Assembly: GCA_016873845.1 (NCBI GenBank)
Contig: VGVX01000006.1
Location: forward strand, 121-64,120
Direction of reading: 5' to 3'
Source: Ignavibacteria bacterium
GTDB taxonomy: Bacteria > Bacteroidota > Ignavibacteria > Ch128b
DNA: 64,000 bases
In this document: in pieces, positions 30,988 to 40,958 of the stretch
Layout of the letters: each line of letters opens with the position of its first letter
Numbering within the stretch: the first letter of the stretch is position 1
Notes under the pieces: model-generated
What the model saw: only the letters and a program-made list of their open reading frames with translations
Told to the model about the DNA's origin: nothing
Databases searched by the model: none
Made by a program: the position numbers and the translations under genes

Positions 30988-32394
30988 TTATTTTTTCTGT
31001 TCTTTGGGAACTACCGCTGCCATGAAGTCCGCTTCGGCAACGACATTACCATCAACTAAAGCCCTTCCTTTCATCATGAATGTTTTGCTTCGTTGATTAA
31101 CCAAGTCGACTTCAAGAATTAATTGATCACCGGGAACAACGGGCTTTCTAAACTTTGCATTGTTAATTGCCATAAAGTAAACGAGGTTATTCTCAAAATC
31201 ATCTATAGAATTAAGAAGAAGAATTCCACCAGATTGTGCGAGCGCTTCAAGGATTAAAATTCCAGGCATTACCATTTGGCCTGGAAAATGTCCCGTAAAA
31301 AACTGTTCATTGATTGTAACCGATTTTACACCAACAACTCTTTCACCCATTTTCAATTCAACAATTTTATCAACCATAACAAAAGGATATCGATGGGGAA
31401 GAATTCGCAGAATAGCATTCGCATCAAAGATAACCCCTTCTTTCTTAACGAATTGGTATTTCTTCTCGAGTTTTTTCTGCTGATAAAGTTTTCTTATCTG
31501 ACGGGCGAATTCTACGTTTGCTTTGTGCCCTGGTCTAGCGGCTAATATCTGAGCTTTTAATGGAGCGCCGATTAAAGCTAAATCGCCAATTAAATCCAGT
31601 ACTTTATGACGAGCAGGTTCGTTTTTGAATCTAAGTTTTTCGTTGTTAAGAATTCCATTATCGCCGAGGATAACATTCTTGCTTAACTTTAAGTTTTGCA
31701 GCAAGCTATCAAGCTCTTTCTGTTCCATTTCTTTGTCAACGATTACAATTGCGTTGTCGATATCTCCCCCTTGAATCAAATTTTGATTAACAAGCTGCTC
31801 GACTTCACTTAGAAAGCAAAATGTTCTCGATGCTGAATATTCTTCAATGAATTCTTTTTCTAGACTGAATAAGCTTGAATGCTGGCTGCCAAGTGCCGGA
31901 TTGTGATAATCAATCATCACCGAAACTCGAAAGTCGTCCAATGGAAGTGCAACAATATCAACACCTCTTTGCTCGTCTTGATACATAACGGTTTGATCAA
32001 TTACTAAATAATCTTTTGGAGAATTTTGTTTCTCGATGCCGGCTTCAAGCAGGGAATCGACATACATTCGCGAGCTGCCATCTCCTATAGGCGGCTCGAT
32101 GCCGTCTAATTCGATTCTGATATTGTCAATCTTCAATCCATAAACCGCAGAGAGAACGTGTTCAACAGTATGGACTTTTGCTTCGCCGATCGCAAGTGTC
32201 GTACCTCTTGAAATATCAACCACATTATCAACGATTGCAGGAATTTCGGGGGAGCCGCCCAGATCAACTCGAATAAATCGAATTCCATAATTTTCAGGCG
32301 CGGGGTTGAATGTCATTGTGCATTCGGTTCCAGTATGAATTCCTACACCTGATAACGACACCGATTTTTTAATTGTACATTGCTGTTCTACCAT
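30988..32394 (-). CDS. lpxC-fabZ: Bifunctional UDP-3-O-acyl-GlcNAc deacetylase / 3-hydroxyacyl-ACP dehydratase
   Basis: 468-aa ORF. The N-terminal half is LpxC-like (GVGIHTG, HTVEH). The C-terminal part is a FabZ hotdog (LPHRYPFVMVD, FFTGHFP). Confidence 0.9.
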   Translation of the reverse strand: MVEQQCTIKKSVSLSGVGIHTGTECTMTFNPAPENYGIRFIRVDLGGSPEIPAIVDNVVDISRGTTLAIGEAKVHTVEHVLSAVYGLKIDNIRIELDGIEPPIGDGSSRMYVDSLLEAGIEKQNSPKDYLVIDQTVMYQDEQRGVDIVALPLDDFRVSVMIDYHNPALGSQHSSLFSLEKEFIEEYSASRTFCFLSEVEQLVNQNLIQGGDIDNAIVIVDKEMEQKELDSLLQNLKLSKNVILGDNGILNNEKLRFKNEPARHKVLDLIGDLALIGAPLKAQILAARPGHKANVEFARQIRKLYQQKKLEKKYQFVKKEGVIFDANAILRILPHRYPFVMVDKIVELKMGERVVGVKSVTINEQFFTGHFPGQMVMPGILILEALAQSGGILLLNSIDDFENNLVYFMAINNAKFRKPVVPGDQLILEVDLVNQRSKTFMMKGRALVDGNVVAEADFMAAVVPKEQKK

Positions 32395-32407
32395 CGATCA
32401 CCTTTCT

Positions 32408-33463
32408 TTATTTACCCGTCTGCTCATCTAATTTCTTTGTAAGCTCATCAACTTTTTTTTGAAGTTCCATGACTTGAATTCTTAATGCAGGAAGGTTTTT
32501 GATTATCGCATTGAGTTTCATTGATTCGCGAGCTTCTATTGCTGGAGAGCCAAAATATGCTTTTCCTTTTTTTAGATCGTTCGCAATTCCCGATTGTGCC
32601 ATTGCTATTACATCATCTTCAATGTTAAGATGATCTGCGAAGCCGACTTGCCCACCGGCAATTAATCTATTGCCGACTTTCGTGCTGCCTGCAAAACCCG
32701 TTTGCCCCGAGACAGCACAGTCTTCTCCAAGAACTACGTTATGCCCGACCTGAACAAGATTATCTAATTTAGTTCCCCGCTTGATTCTTGTTTCACCGAC
32801 AGTTGCTCGATCGATTGCTGTATTTGATCCTATCTCGACGTCATCTTCTAAGACAACTATTCCGATCTGCGGAATTTTTCTATAACTTTTATCTGGATTC
32901 TTATAATAACCGAATCCATCGCCGCCGATGACAACGCCCGGATGGAGAATATTTCGTTTCCCAATTTTACATCTCTCCCGTATCGTGACGTTTGGATAGA
33001 TAATTGAATCATCTCCAACTTCCGCATTGTCTAGAATCGTTACATTCGAAAAGATAGTAACATCATTTCCGATTTTACAATGCTTGCCTATAAATACATT
33101 ACTGCCGCAACGGAAATTTTTACCGCAGGAAAAATTCACAGGTTGATTTTTTTGCAAATCAAAAAGAGGAGGCAGCTCGACTTGTGGGACAAAATATTTT
33201 TCAATTATTTTAATAAAGGCAAGATAAGGATCGCCTACCTTGATGAGAGTTAAATTCGGAAACGATTTTGTGAAATCTTTTTTCACCAATAAAGTGAAAG
33301 AAGAATTTTCATTTAGATATTTTTCAAACTTATCCTGATACAGGAAAGAAAGATCATCGGATTTGGCTTCTTCAATTTTGGCGACATTAGAAATAAGTTT
33401 ATCTTCAATTCCGACAATCTTGCCTTCAACAAAAGCAGCTATTTCTTTAACCGTTAAGTGCAT
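32408..33463 (-). CDS. lpxD: UDP-3-O-acylglucosamine N-acyltransferase
   Basis: 351-aa ORF with left-handed beta-helix hexapeptide repeats and a C-terminal coiled coil. Confidence 0.9.
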   Translation of the reverse strand: MHLTVKEIAAFVEGKIVGIEDKLISNVAKIEEAKSDDLSFLYQDKFEKYLNENSSFTLLVKKDFTKSFPNLTLIKVGDPYLAFIKIIEKYFVPQVELPPLFDLQKNQPVNFSCGKNFRCGSNVFIGKHCKIGNDVTIFSNVTILDNAEVGDDSIIYPNVTIRERCKIGKRNILHPGVVIGGDGFGYYKNPDKSYRKIPQIGIVVLEDDVEIGSNTAIDRATVGETRIKRGTKLDNLVQVGHNVVLGEDCAVSGQTGFAGSTKVGNRLIAGGQVGFADHLNIEDDVIAMAQSGIANDLKKGKAYFGSPAIEARESMKLNAIIKNLPALRIQVMELQKKVDELTKKLDEQTGK

Positions 33464-33469
33464 TAAAAA

Positions 33470-33976
33470 TTATTTGATCACCTCTAATACTAAATTGGTT
33501 AAATCGTGTTTCTCATTTGTATAAAGAAGAAGGATCTCGCCGCTTTTATCGAAAATAAAATCATATTCTTCTTCCTCAGCAACAATTTTAATAGCATTAA
33601 AGATTTTATTCTGTATCGGTTTCATGAATTCTTCTTGTTTTTGAAAGAGTTCCCCATTCTGACCAAATTTCTGTTCCCGGAACTGCGAAATTTTGTTTTC
33701 AAGCTCTATCAATTCTTTTTCTTTGTCGGATCTCGTTTGATCACTCATGATGAGTTTATTTCTCTCGTATTCAACGTACTTTTTCTTCCAATCGTCCTCG
33801 ATCTTTTTGAGCTCAGCCTGCCAATCGCGGACGAGATTATCAAGTTTTTGCTGTGCATCTTGAGCTTCGGGAAGTTCTTTCATTATCGCTTCGGAATTAA
33901 CGAATCCGACCTTAGTTTGGCCAAATCCAATAGAGCCGAAACAAATTAATGCTGCAATTACGATTATTTTTTTCAT
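33470..33976 (-). CDS. skp: OmpH/Skp family periplasmic chaperone
   Basis: 168-aa ORF with a signal peptide and coiled-coil Lys/Glu/Gln-rich sequence, next to bamA. Confidence 0.8.
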   Translation of the reverse strand: MKKIIVIAALICFGSIGFGQTKVGFVNSEAIMKELPEAQDAQQKLDNLVRDWQAELKKIEDDWKKKYVEYERNKLIMSDQTRSDKEKELIELENKISQFREQKFGQNGELFQKQEEFMKPIQNKIFNAIKIVAEEEEYDFIFDKSGEILLLYTNEKHDLTNLVLEVIK

Positions 33977-33994
33977 AGCTGCCTCGTTTGAGTT

Positions 33995-34501
33995 TTATCC
34001 TCTTTTTAGTCTGTCTAAAACTTTAAATGTAATATCAAAACTTGGATCAGAGAAAAGCACAACCACGTCGCCGGCTTTATCCAAAACCAAAGTAATTTTT
34101 TCTTCCTTTGCGACTTTCTCAATCATGTTGATAATTTTCTTTTTAATTGGTGCAAGAAGTTCTTCTTGTTTTGTTACGATATCACGTTTTTGACGATAAT
34201 CACGAATATCCTGTTCCATTTTGATGAGATCTTGCTGAGCTTTTAGCTTGTTGTCTTCTGTCATCATAGATTCTTGTTTGCGGTAGCTTTCAAGACGCAT
34301 CTGAAAGTCTGTAGTTAAGCTATCGAGAACTGCCTGCCATCCCTTAATAATTTCATTTAATTTGTCTTGTGCAGTTTTATAATCAGGAAGCTGTGCAAGG
34401 ATAACTTCAGAATCAACTATACCAACTTTAACCTGCACTTGAGCAAAAACATTTGCTGAGAAAAATAAAATTAGAACATAGAATACATTTTTGATTTTCA
34501 C
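33995..34501 (-). CDS. skp: OmpH/Skp family periplasmic chaperone (second paralog)
   Basis: 168-aa ORF with the same architecture as its neighbour. Confidence 0.8.
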   Translation of the reverse strand: MKIKNVFYVLILFFSANVFAQVQVKVGIVDSEVILAQLPDYKTAQDKLNEIIKGWQAVLDSLTTDFQMRLESYRKQESMMTEDNKLKAQQDLIKMEQDIRDYRQKRDIVTKQEELLAPIKKKIINMIEKVAKEEKITLVLDKAGDVVVLFSDPSFDITFKVLDRLKRG

Positions 34502-34622
34502 GTTTACCTCATAGTAAATTTATTTTATACTGGCCGCACTTTTACATACATGAATAAAAACTAACCAACAATAATAAAAAATAGAAATTAGTTCAGCACT
34601 AAAATTGTGCGACGTTATTTAT

Positions 34623-37124
34623 TTAAAATCCTCTTCCAAATTGGAAATGGAATATCCAAGCTGGATCTTGTCCTGAGACAGCTTTTCTATCAAAACCATA
34701 GCCAAGGTCAAATCCAATTAAACCGATTGGATTAATTAAAATTCTTGCACCAACGCCAACTGCACGTCTCAAATCAAACAGACTGACATCTTTCATATTA
34801 CGCCAAACATTTCCTGCTTCTGCAAAAGCGAGAAGATATAAGGGCATTGGATTTAGAGTTACAGCAAACCTTAATTCCAGAGTGTTCCTTGCAGAAATTT
34901 TTCCGCCGATAATTTGTCCTTTGGAATTTTTTGGTCCGATTGATCGGTCGTCATAGCCGCGCAATGGTTCAGTTGCAATAACCAAACCATTACCACCCAT
35001 GAAGTAATATTCAAACGGCTGAATAGGTGTTCCATCGATGATTTCGTAAATCATTCCAAATGATGATGCGAAGTGTAAAGTCAATTTATTTGAATTAAAC
35101 AATCTTCTGTACCATTCAAGATCTAAGTCGACTTTAAGATAATCGACATCGCCTGGTAAAAACGGACCGCCTGAAAGATCAGCATTTAAGGTTACATTGC
35201 TTCCCATTGATGGAAATATTGGATTGTCCAGATCACGGCGGGAAATAGTTGCGCCGAGAGTAAATTGTTTTGTTTTCCCTTCTCTATAAAATCCGCCGCC
35301 GCTTCGCACGTCATTCATTTGATAACGCAAACTTCCTTGTACTTGAAAATAATCATCTGGCCAAGTAAGCCGCCTGCCGAGGCGCATACTTCCACCGAAT
35401 TGACGCAGATCGTAAATATAAATCTGTCTCGTGTCGAAAACATCAAAGCCGACTAATGTTGGAGTATCCATGAACCACGGCTCTGTAAAACCAGTGGAGA
35501 AAGTTCTATAGAAATTTCCCAAACCAAACTGCCAATTAAAATTGAGAACTTGCCCGCCGCCAATCGTAAACGGATTTGTGATTGAAAAATTCGTTAATGT
35601 AATTCCAACTGCTCCGCTGAAACCAAAACTGCCGCTATAGCCGACAGATGCATTCAAATAATCGCTCGATTTTTCTTCGACCTTATACGTTATGTCCACA
35701 GTGCTGTCTGAAGAAGGGAAGTAATCAACCCCCTCTTGATATAACTTTTCGACGTTGAAATACTGAAGATTTGCGAGCTGCTGTAAGCTTCTTATCAATA
35801 AAGCTCTGTTAAAGAAATCGCCAGGTCTAGTGAAAAGTTCTCTTCGGACAACTTTATCCATCGTTTTGTCATTACCTTTGATATCAACATAACCGATCTT
35901 GAATTGATTTTTTTCTGAAAGCTTTATAACAAGGTCGATTGAATCTTCGCCGACTTTTACCTCATCGGTTCTTAAGCTGAAGCCAAGATATCCGTTATCA
36001 AAATAGAGTGAAGAAACATCGGATTGAGTCTCATTCTGACGCAAGTTTCTTTCAAATTTTTCGTAATCAAACACATCGCCGGTTTGAAAATCAAGTCGAC
36101 GATTCAAAACTTCGCTGTTATAAATTGTATTTCCAACCCATGTAACATTTCTGATTTTATACAGCGGGCCTTCGTGCAGATAGATATCGATTGTCATATC
36201 TTTCTTTTTTTCGTCGAGAGAAATTGAATCTCTTAGGACAACCGCATCTCTGAATCCCTTTTTCTTATAAAACTTTACAAGAAGCTCTTTATCCTTGTCG
36301 AATTTTTGCCGATTGAAGTTTGCGCTCGACCAGAACTTCCACCATTTTTTCTCTGAAGTTTCGTCAAGTTCACTTTTCAGGTCGCCGTCATCAAAATATT
36401 CATTTCCAAAGAAACGAATTTTACGAACGACAACTTCGGGTCCCTCTTCAATTTCAACTTTTAGAAGAACTCGATTATGAATTCTTCTAAGCGATTCCGC
36501 TTGAAGCTTATCGTCGAGTTTGATTTCAGTTGTGTGCTCTTCGCTTAAATCATCGGGATTATACCAGTTTACATAAACAATATTTCCTGAAGTATCCGCA
36601 GATTTAAATTTCAGGATCTTCGGAATAACAACTGCGTTGAGATAGCCCTCGTCTTCATAAGTCTTGAGAATAGTCCGCTTTATTTTACTGATTTCCTGCG
36701 GTTTAACTATCTGTCCCCTTACTAAGCTGATTTTCTTATTCAGGTCACTTTCGTTTATATCATCATTCCCAGTTATGACGTAGGTTTCTATTCGCGGGAA
36801 CTCTTCAACTTTTATCAATATAAAAATGCCTGAGCCAACTTGTCTCTCTTTAACGATTTCAACATGGCCAAAAATATTTAGTCCCATTATCCGTTTTATC
36901 GCATTAATTGTTGCATCACCAGGAATATCTATTTCGTCATCAACTCTTAAACCGCTTGCGGCAATGATGACAGATTTATCCGCAGTGACATTACCGCTTA
37001 CATCAACGCCCAATATTCTATAAGATGTTTTAGCTACCTGTGCATAGGATGAACATGCAGAAATTAAAATTAAGAATAATAATGTAATTCTATGCAACTG
37101 CTTGAGATTTCTTTTTTTGATCAC
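34623..37124 (-). CDS. bamA: Outer membrane protein assembly factor BamA
   Basis: 833-aa ORF with a signal peptide, POTRA-like repeats and a C-terminal Omp85 barrel ending ...FHFQFGRGF. Confidence 0.9.
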   Translation of the reverse strand: MIKKRNLKQLHRITLLFLILISACSSYAQVAKTSYRILGVDVSGNVTADKSVIIAASGLRVDDEIDIPGDATINAIKRIMGLNIFGHVEIVKERQVGSGIFILIKVEEFPRIETYVITGNDDINESDLNKKISLVRGQIVKPQEISKIKRTILKTYEDEGYLNAVVIPKILKFKSADTSGNIVYVNWYNPDDLSEEHTTEIKLDDKLQAESLRRIHNRVLLKVEIEEGPEVVVRKIRFFGNEYFDDGDLKSELDETSEKKWWKFWSSANFNRQKFDKDKELLVKFYKKKGFRDAVVLRDSISLDEKKKDMTIDIYLHEGPLYKIRNVTWVGNTIYNSEVLNRRLDFQTGDVFDYEKFERNLRQNETQSDVSSLYFDNGYLGFSLRTDEVKVGEDSIDLVIKLSEKNQFKIGYVDIKGNDKTMDKVVRRELFTRPGDFFNRALLIRSLQQLANLQYFNVEKLYQEGVDYFPSSDSTVDITYKVEEKSSDYLNASVGYSGSFGFSGAVGITLTNFSITNPFTIGGGQVLNFNWQFGLGNFYRTFSTGFTEPWFMDTPTLVGFDVFDTRQIYIYDLRQFGGSMRLGRRLTWPDDYFQVQGSLRYQMNDVRSGGGFYREGKTKQFTLGATISRRDLDNPIFPSMGSNVTLNADLSGGPFLPGDVDYLKVDLDLEWYRRLFNSNKLTLHFASSFGMIYEIIDGTPIQPFEYYFMGGNGLVIATEPLRGYDDRSIGPKNSKGQIIGGKISARNTLELRFAVTLNPMPLYLLAFAEAGNVWRNMKDVSLFDLRRAVGVGARILINPIGLIGFDLGYGFDRKAVSGQDPAWIFHFQFGRGF

Positions 37125-37944
37125 GCTTTATTGTTCCGTTAGTTTTTATCTGTTCGCTGACTAAGCCGAATCGTCTCTCTCTGTTTTGATAATTATCAAT
37201 TGCCTGGTAAAGATGTTTTCTTCTAAATTCGGGCCAAAAAACATCTGCAATAAAAATTTCTGAGTAAGCAATTTCCCACAGAAGAAAATTACTGATTCTC
37301 ATTTCACCGCTTGTTCTGATAAGTAAATCTGGATCGGGAATATCTGCCGTGGTTAATTGACTGCTAAATAAATGTTCGTCAATTCCTTCAGGAGATAATT
37401 TTTTTTCTGAAATAAGTGTGGCAATATTTTTAACAGCTCGTAAAATATCCCATCTTCCGCTGTAGCTTAATGCAAGATTCAAGGTCATGCGAGTATTATT
37501 TATCGTTTTTTTGCTTGCTTCCAAAAGCTCTTTGCCAATTTCAGGAGGTAAAGTGTCAAAATCGCCTATCATTTGGAGTTTGATATTATTTTTATGAAGT
37601 TCGTCAGTTTCATCACGTAGACTTTTCAATAACAGCCGCATTAGGGTTGATACTTCCTCTTTTGGACGCTTCCAATTTTCAGTAGAGAAAGCAAAAAGGG
37701 TTAAATGCTCAACGCCAAGTTGTGCAGAAGCTTCAACGATATCTCTTACTGATGCAACTCCACGACGATGTCCCTCAACACGAGGAAGATTTCGGGATTT
37801 TGCCCATCTTCCATTTCCGTCCATAATAATTGCTATATGTTTGGGAATATTCCCGCGCGCTTTAATCTCTTCTTGACGAAGAGAATCCTCTCTTTTTGGC
37901 TTAGGGAAGTCGTTAGTTTTAGCTCTTATCGAAGCTTTAAGCAA
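37090..37944 (-). CDS. uppS: Isoprenyl transferase (undecaprenyl diphosphate synthase)
   Basis: 284-aa ORF. HIAIIMDGNGRWA and LLIRTSGEMRISNFLLWE motifs. Confidence 0.9.
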   Translation of the reverse strand: MLKASIRAKTNDFPKPKREDSLRQEEIKARGNIPKHIAIIMDGNGRWAKSRNLPRVEGHRRGVASVRDIVEASAQLGVEHLTLFAFSTENWKRPKEEVSTLMRLLLKSLRDETDELHKNNIKLQMIGDFDTLPPEIGKELLEASKKTINNTRMTLNLALSYSGRWDILRAVKNIATLISEKKLSPEGIDEHLFSSQLTTADIPDPDLLIRTSGEMRISNFLLWEIAYSEIFIADVFWPEFRRKHLYQAIDNYQNRERRFGLVSEQIKTNGTIKRDQKKKSQAVA

Positions 37945-38131
37945 TTTTTTCCTTGAAATTTGTTAAAAAAGCAAGTCAATTTAATCCATTAGTGTAAAAA
38001 AAACAAGCAGAGCAATTTCCGTAAAATCTTGAATTTTAAACACTTATTGTAGTTCATTTCTACCAAAAAAGTTTCAAATTATTTTGTCCAAATAATAATT
38101 ATATTCGCTTCAGGAGGAACACAAAAAGAAA

Positions 38132-38656
38132 ATGAGCAAAAAGGGCGTAACATTTCTTGCCGACGCATTAATCCTAGTAATCTGTCTTGTAGGCTTCTAT
38201 CATGTTTGGCAGAAAGCTGGGCGGCCAATGGTTTTTTATCCGAATAGTTTGATCATAGAGAAAGTTTATTCAGCACGATTCGATGTAGACGTTTTTAATG
38301 GAGAAAAAGTTTTATCGGTTAATGAATATAAAATAGATACGCAGGAAGACCTCGAATTTATTTTAGATGGACTGAACATAGGCGATAAAGTTGATCTTGA
38401 AATTGTTAAGAACGGTGATATAAGGTTTACCGAGTTAACTTTAATTCCGTTTTATAATCTGAGATATTTAATTCCACAAATTCTACTTGGATTATTTTTC
38501 TTTGTGATCGCAGATTTTGTTTTTGCCAAGCGGTCATTTCAGATTGAAGCAATTGTTTTCCACTGGATTATGATGTCGTGCACTGTTATGATATTTACAA
38601 CTTGGGGCAATTATTCGAGCGAGTCAAATGCTAAAAGAGTTCATAAAGTTATATAA
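38132..38656 (+). CDS. Hypothetical membrane protein with a PDZ-like segment; possibly the N-terminal remnant of a sensor protein
   Basis: 174-aa ORF. One TM, a PDZ-like stretch (VLSVNEYKIDTQEDLEFILDGLNIGDKVDLEIVKNG), then 2-3 TM segments and an abrupt end. Confidence 0.35.
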   Translation: MSKKGVTFLADALILVICLVGFYHVWQKAGRPMVFYPNSLIIEKVYSARFDVDVFNGEKVLSVNEYKIDTQEDLEFILDGLNIGDKVDLEIVKNGDIRFTELTLIPFYNLRYLIPQILLGLFFFVIADFVFAKRSFQIEAIVFHWIMMSCTVMIFTTWGNYSSESNAKRVHKVI

Positions 38657-38690
38657 ACATAGTATTTTAAGATAAGCAAATTCATATTAA

Positions 38691-39560
38691 GTGAAAGGAA
38701 TTATTCAAATGAAGTCGAATTTTGTCTCAATAGCACTTATTGTAGTTTCTACAGTAATGGTTGTCGCTGCATCAGCTCATACAGATACTACCACAATTAC
38801 CCGCTTCACACTCACAAACGGAGCTGAAATTGAAGGTACGATTCTATCAGAAGATTCCGACCAAATAATTGTGCTATCAACTGCCGGAGTTGAGATGAAG
38901 ATAAATAAAAATCTTATCGCCGAAAGAAAAACAATTCAAGCAATGCTTTATAAGGGAGAATATATAAGAAGCGATCCGAACAAAACACGCTTGTTCTTTG
39001 CTCCGACGGCAAGAACCCTCCGGCAAGGTAAGGGATATTTTTCTGTATATGAAATATTCCTTCCATTTATCGCATATGGAGTAACTGATTATATTACGCT
39101 CAGCGGGGGAATGACTTTATTACCCGGCATTCCAATTGAGTATCAGTTAAAATATTTTGCGCCAAAATTAAGAATCATTAATGAGGATAAATTTTCATTA
39201 AGTTCAGGGCTGCTTTGGATGGCGCTTAAAGATGTTTCGGCATCGATTGTATATGGTGTCGGTACGTACGGCGATTATCCATTCTCTTTTTCGGCCGGGC
39301 TTGGATTTGGATATGCTGAGGGCAATTTCACTGAAAAACCATTTGCAATGATCGGACTTGAATATCAATTATCGAATAATGTAAAACTCTTAAGCGAAAA
39401 TTGGGTGTTTCCAGAAGTAGATGGAGCTGTTATCTCTTTCGGCATTCGATTCTTTGGAGAAAATCTTGCAGCGGATTTTGGTTTCTTTACCCAATCAGAA
39501 ATTATTGGAGAAGGATCGTTCCCATTTCTGCCGTGGATAGGATTTGCGTATAATTTTTAA
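38691..39560 (+). CDS. Hypothetical outer-membrane beta-barrel-like protein
   Basis: 289-aa ORF with a signal peptide, Gly/aromatic beta-strand pattern and a C-terminal ...GFAYNF. Confidence 0.4.
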   Translation: MKGIIQMKSNFVSIALIVVSTVMVVAASAHTDTTTITRFTLTNGAEIEGTILSEDSDQIIVLSTAGVEMKINKNLIAERKTIQAMLYKGEYIRSDPNKTRLFFAPTARTLRQGKGYFSVYEIFLPFIAYGVTDYITLSGGMTLLPGIPIEYQLKYFAPKLRIINEDKFSLSSGLLWMALKDVSASIVYGVGTYGDYPFSFSAGLGFGYAEGNFTEKPFAMIGLEYQLSNNVKLLSENWVFPEVDGAVISFGIRFFGENLAADFGFFTQSEIIGEGSFPFLPWIGFAYNF

Positions 39561-39713
39561 TTTTATTGAATCTATTAACGAGTTAAAATTACTTAATGGA
39601 GAATTCGTAGTGAAAAAAAGAAATCCTTTTATTCTAATCGTATTCATATCAATAAATGTTTTATTTGGACAAGGTAGTAACTAAAATTCCTCACTATTAT
39701 CGTCTGGTCGGGA

Positions 39714-39968
39714 TTGGATTACAATGGCACTTTTTCGTACGGAGAATATGAAACAGACGAAAGAAGAGAGCGTAGATTTCATACTCTGCTTGAACAAATT
39801 AAAATGCTTGATCCCGATGTGATCTTTACTCAAGAAACAAATCCTGTAGGGAAATTCTCATCACGTCTTGCCGAAGAATTAAAAAGGCATTCGAAAAAAC
39901 TCTCAAAGTCCGGAAACTTAGCCCTGAAGCAAAAGAGTTTGCAGACATGTATTTCTTCGAAACGTTAG
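39714..39968 (+). pseudogene. Fragment of an endonuclease/exonuclease/phosphatase (EEP) family gene
   Basis: 84-aa ORF starting at TTG. LDPDVIFTQET resembles the EEP N-terminal motif. It is preceded by a detached signal-peptide-like mini-ORF (about 39611-39685, VKKRNPFILIVFISINVLFGQGSN) and breaks off after about 55 residues of plausible sequence. Confidence 0.4.
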
Positions 39969-40345
39969 TTCGCATTCATCGTGCGGGTGAAGGTGCTCCT
40001 TACACCGGATTAAAACCGGCAGGATTAACTCCTGAGCCGGGAATCGCTGAAGCGGATTTGTCAGTCGAAAAAGGTTCAATAGCAGAATTAATCAATAAGA
40101 TCAATTCACTCTCGAAAGAAGAACTAATGAAGAGATTCAAACATGTCCTCCATACAAAAAAATATTCCGAAGGATCCTTCGGAAAAGAGAGTGATATTGA
40201 AGCTGGAAGAGAATTCGTTAAACACTACGTAACTTTCATTCATTATGTCGAAGGGATTTTTACTTCTATAATCAAATCACCTGAAGAACATTCACAAGAA
40301 AGTGAAAGTCATGAACATCATAAAAATATTTTTGAAAGGAACTAA
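39947..40345 (+). CDS. Hypothetical protein (possibly a C-terminal fragment; the frame is open upstream to 39812 without a start)
   Basis: 132-aa ORF with no recognisable motif. Overlaps the EEP fragment in another frame. Confidence 0.3.
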   Translation: MYFFETLVRIHRAGEGAPYTGLKPAGLTPEPGIAEADLSVEKGSIAELINKINSLSKEELMKRFKHVLHTKKYSEGSFGKESDIEAGREFVKHYVTFIHYVEGIFTSIIKSPEEHSQESESHEHHKNIFERN

Positions 40346-40347
40346 AA

Positions 40348-40803
40348 ATGAAATTCGAAATTCCTCAACCGATGAAAATCGAACACGATGAACTTCATGA
40401 GATGCTTGTTGCCGCAACGAAGGTCGGCGGTGAAATCGGTGAAGCCGCAAAATATGTAGCGAAGATACTTCATCCTCACTTTGTTAATGAAGAAGCGTAT
40501 GCACTTCCTCCACTCGGTCTTCTGCAAGATTTAGCAAGCGGAAAAATCACGTCGGAGATGAAGGAAGTTCTTGAGATGACGGAAAAATTAAAATCTGAGC
40601 TTCCAACAATGCTTGAGGAGCATAAAACAATCGTAGCCGCACTCGACAAACTAATCGAGGTTGCAAAGAAAGAGAATAAAATGGAGTGCGCTAACTTTGC
40701 CGAGAAACTGAAGCTTCACGCAAAAACTGAAGAAGAGCTGTTTTATCCAACATCAATTCTTATAGGTGAATACGTTAAGTTGAAGCTTTCTCAAAAAGTG
40801 TAA
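40348..40803 (+). CDS. Hemerythrin-like (HHE cation-binding) domain protein
   Basis: 151-aa ORF. Helical, with H/E-spaced residues (EHDELHE, HPHFVNEE, EEHKTIV, HAKTEEELFYP). Confidence 0.55.
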   Translation: MKFEIPQPMKIEHDELHEMLVAATKVGGEIGEAAKYVAKILHPHFVNEEAYALPPLGLLQDLASGKITSEMKEVLEMTEKLKSELPTMLEEHKTIVAALDKLIEVAKKENKMECANFAEKLKLHAKTEEELFYPTSILIGEYVKLKLSQKV

Positions 40804-40958
40804 AACGTTAGGATCGCCAGCACTTTACTTAGCCCTAAAATTGGTGTTCTGTTATTTCATTAAAGCAGATGAAAATTACAAGTTTTATTCTTAAGCTTGT
40901 GGCAAGAAGTAACATGTCATTGTAGAATTTAATAGAAATTAATTTTGGGAGGCGTTGC

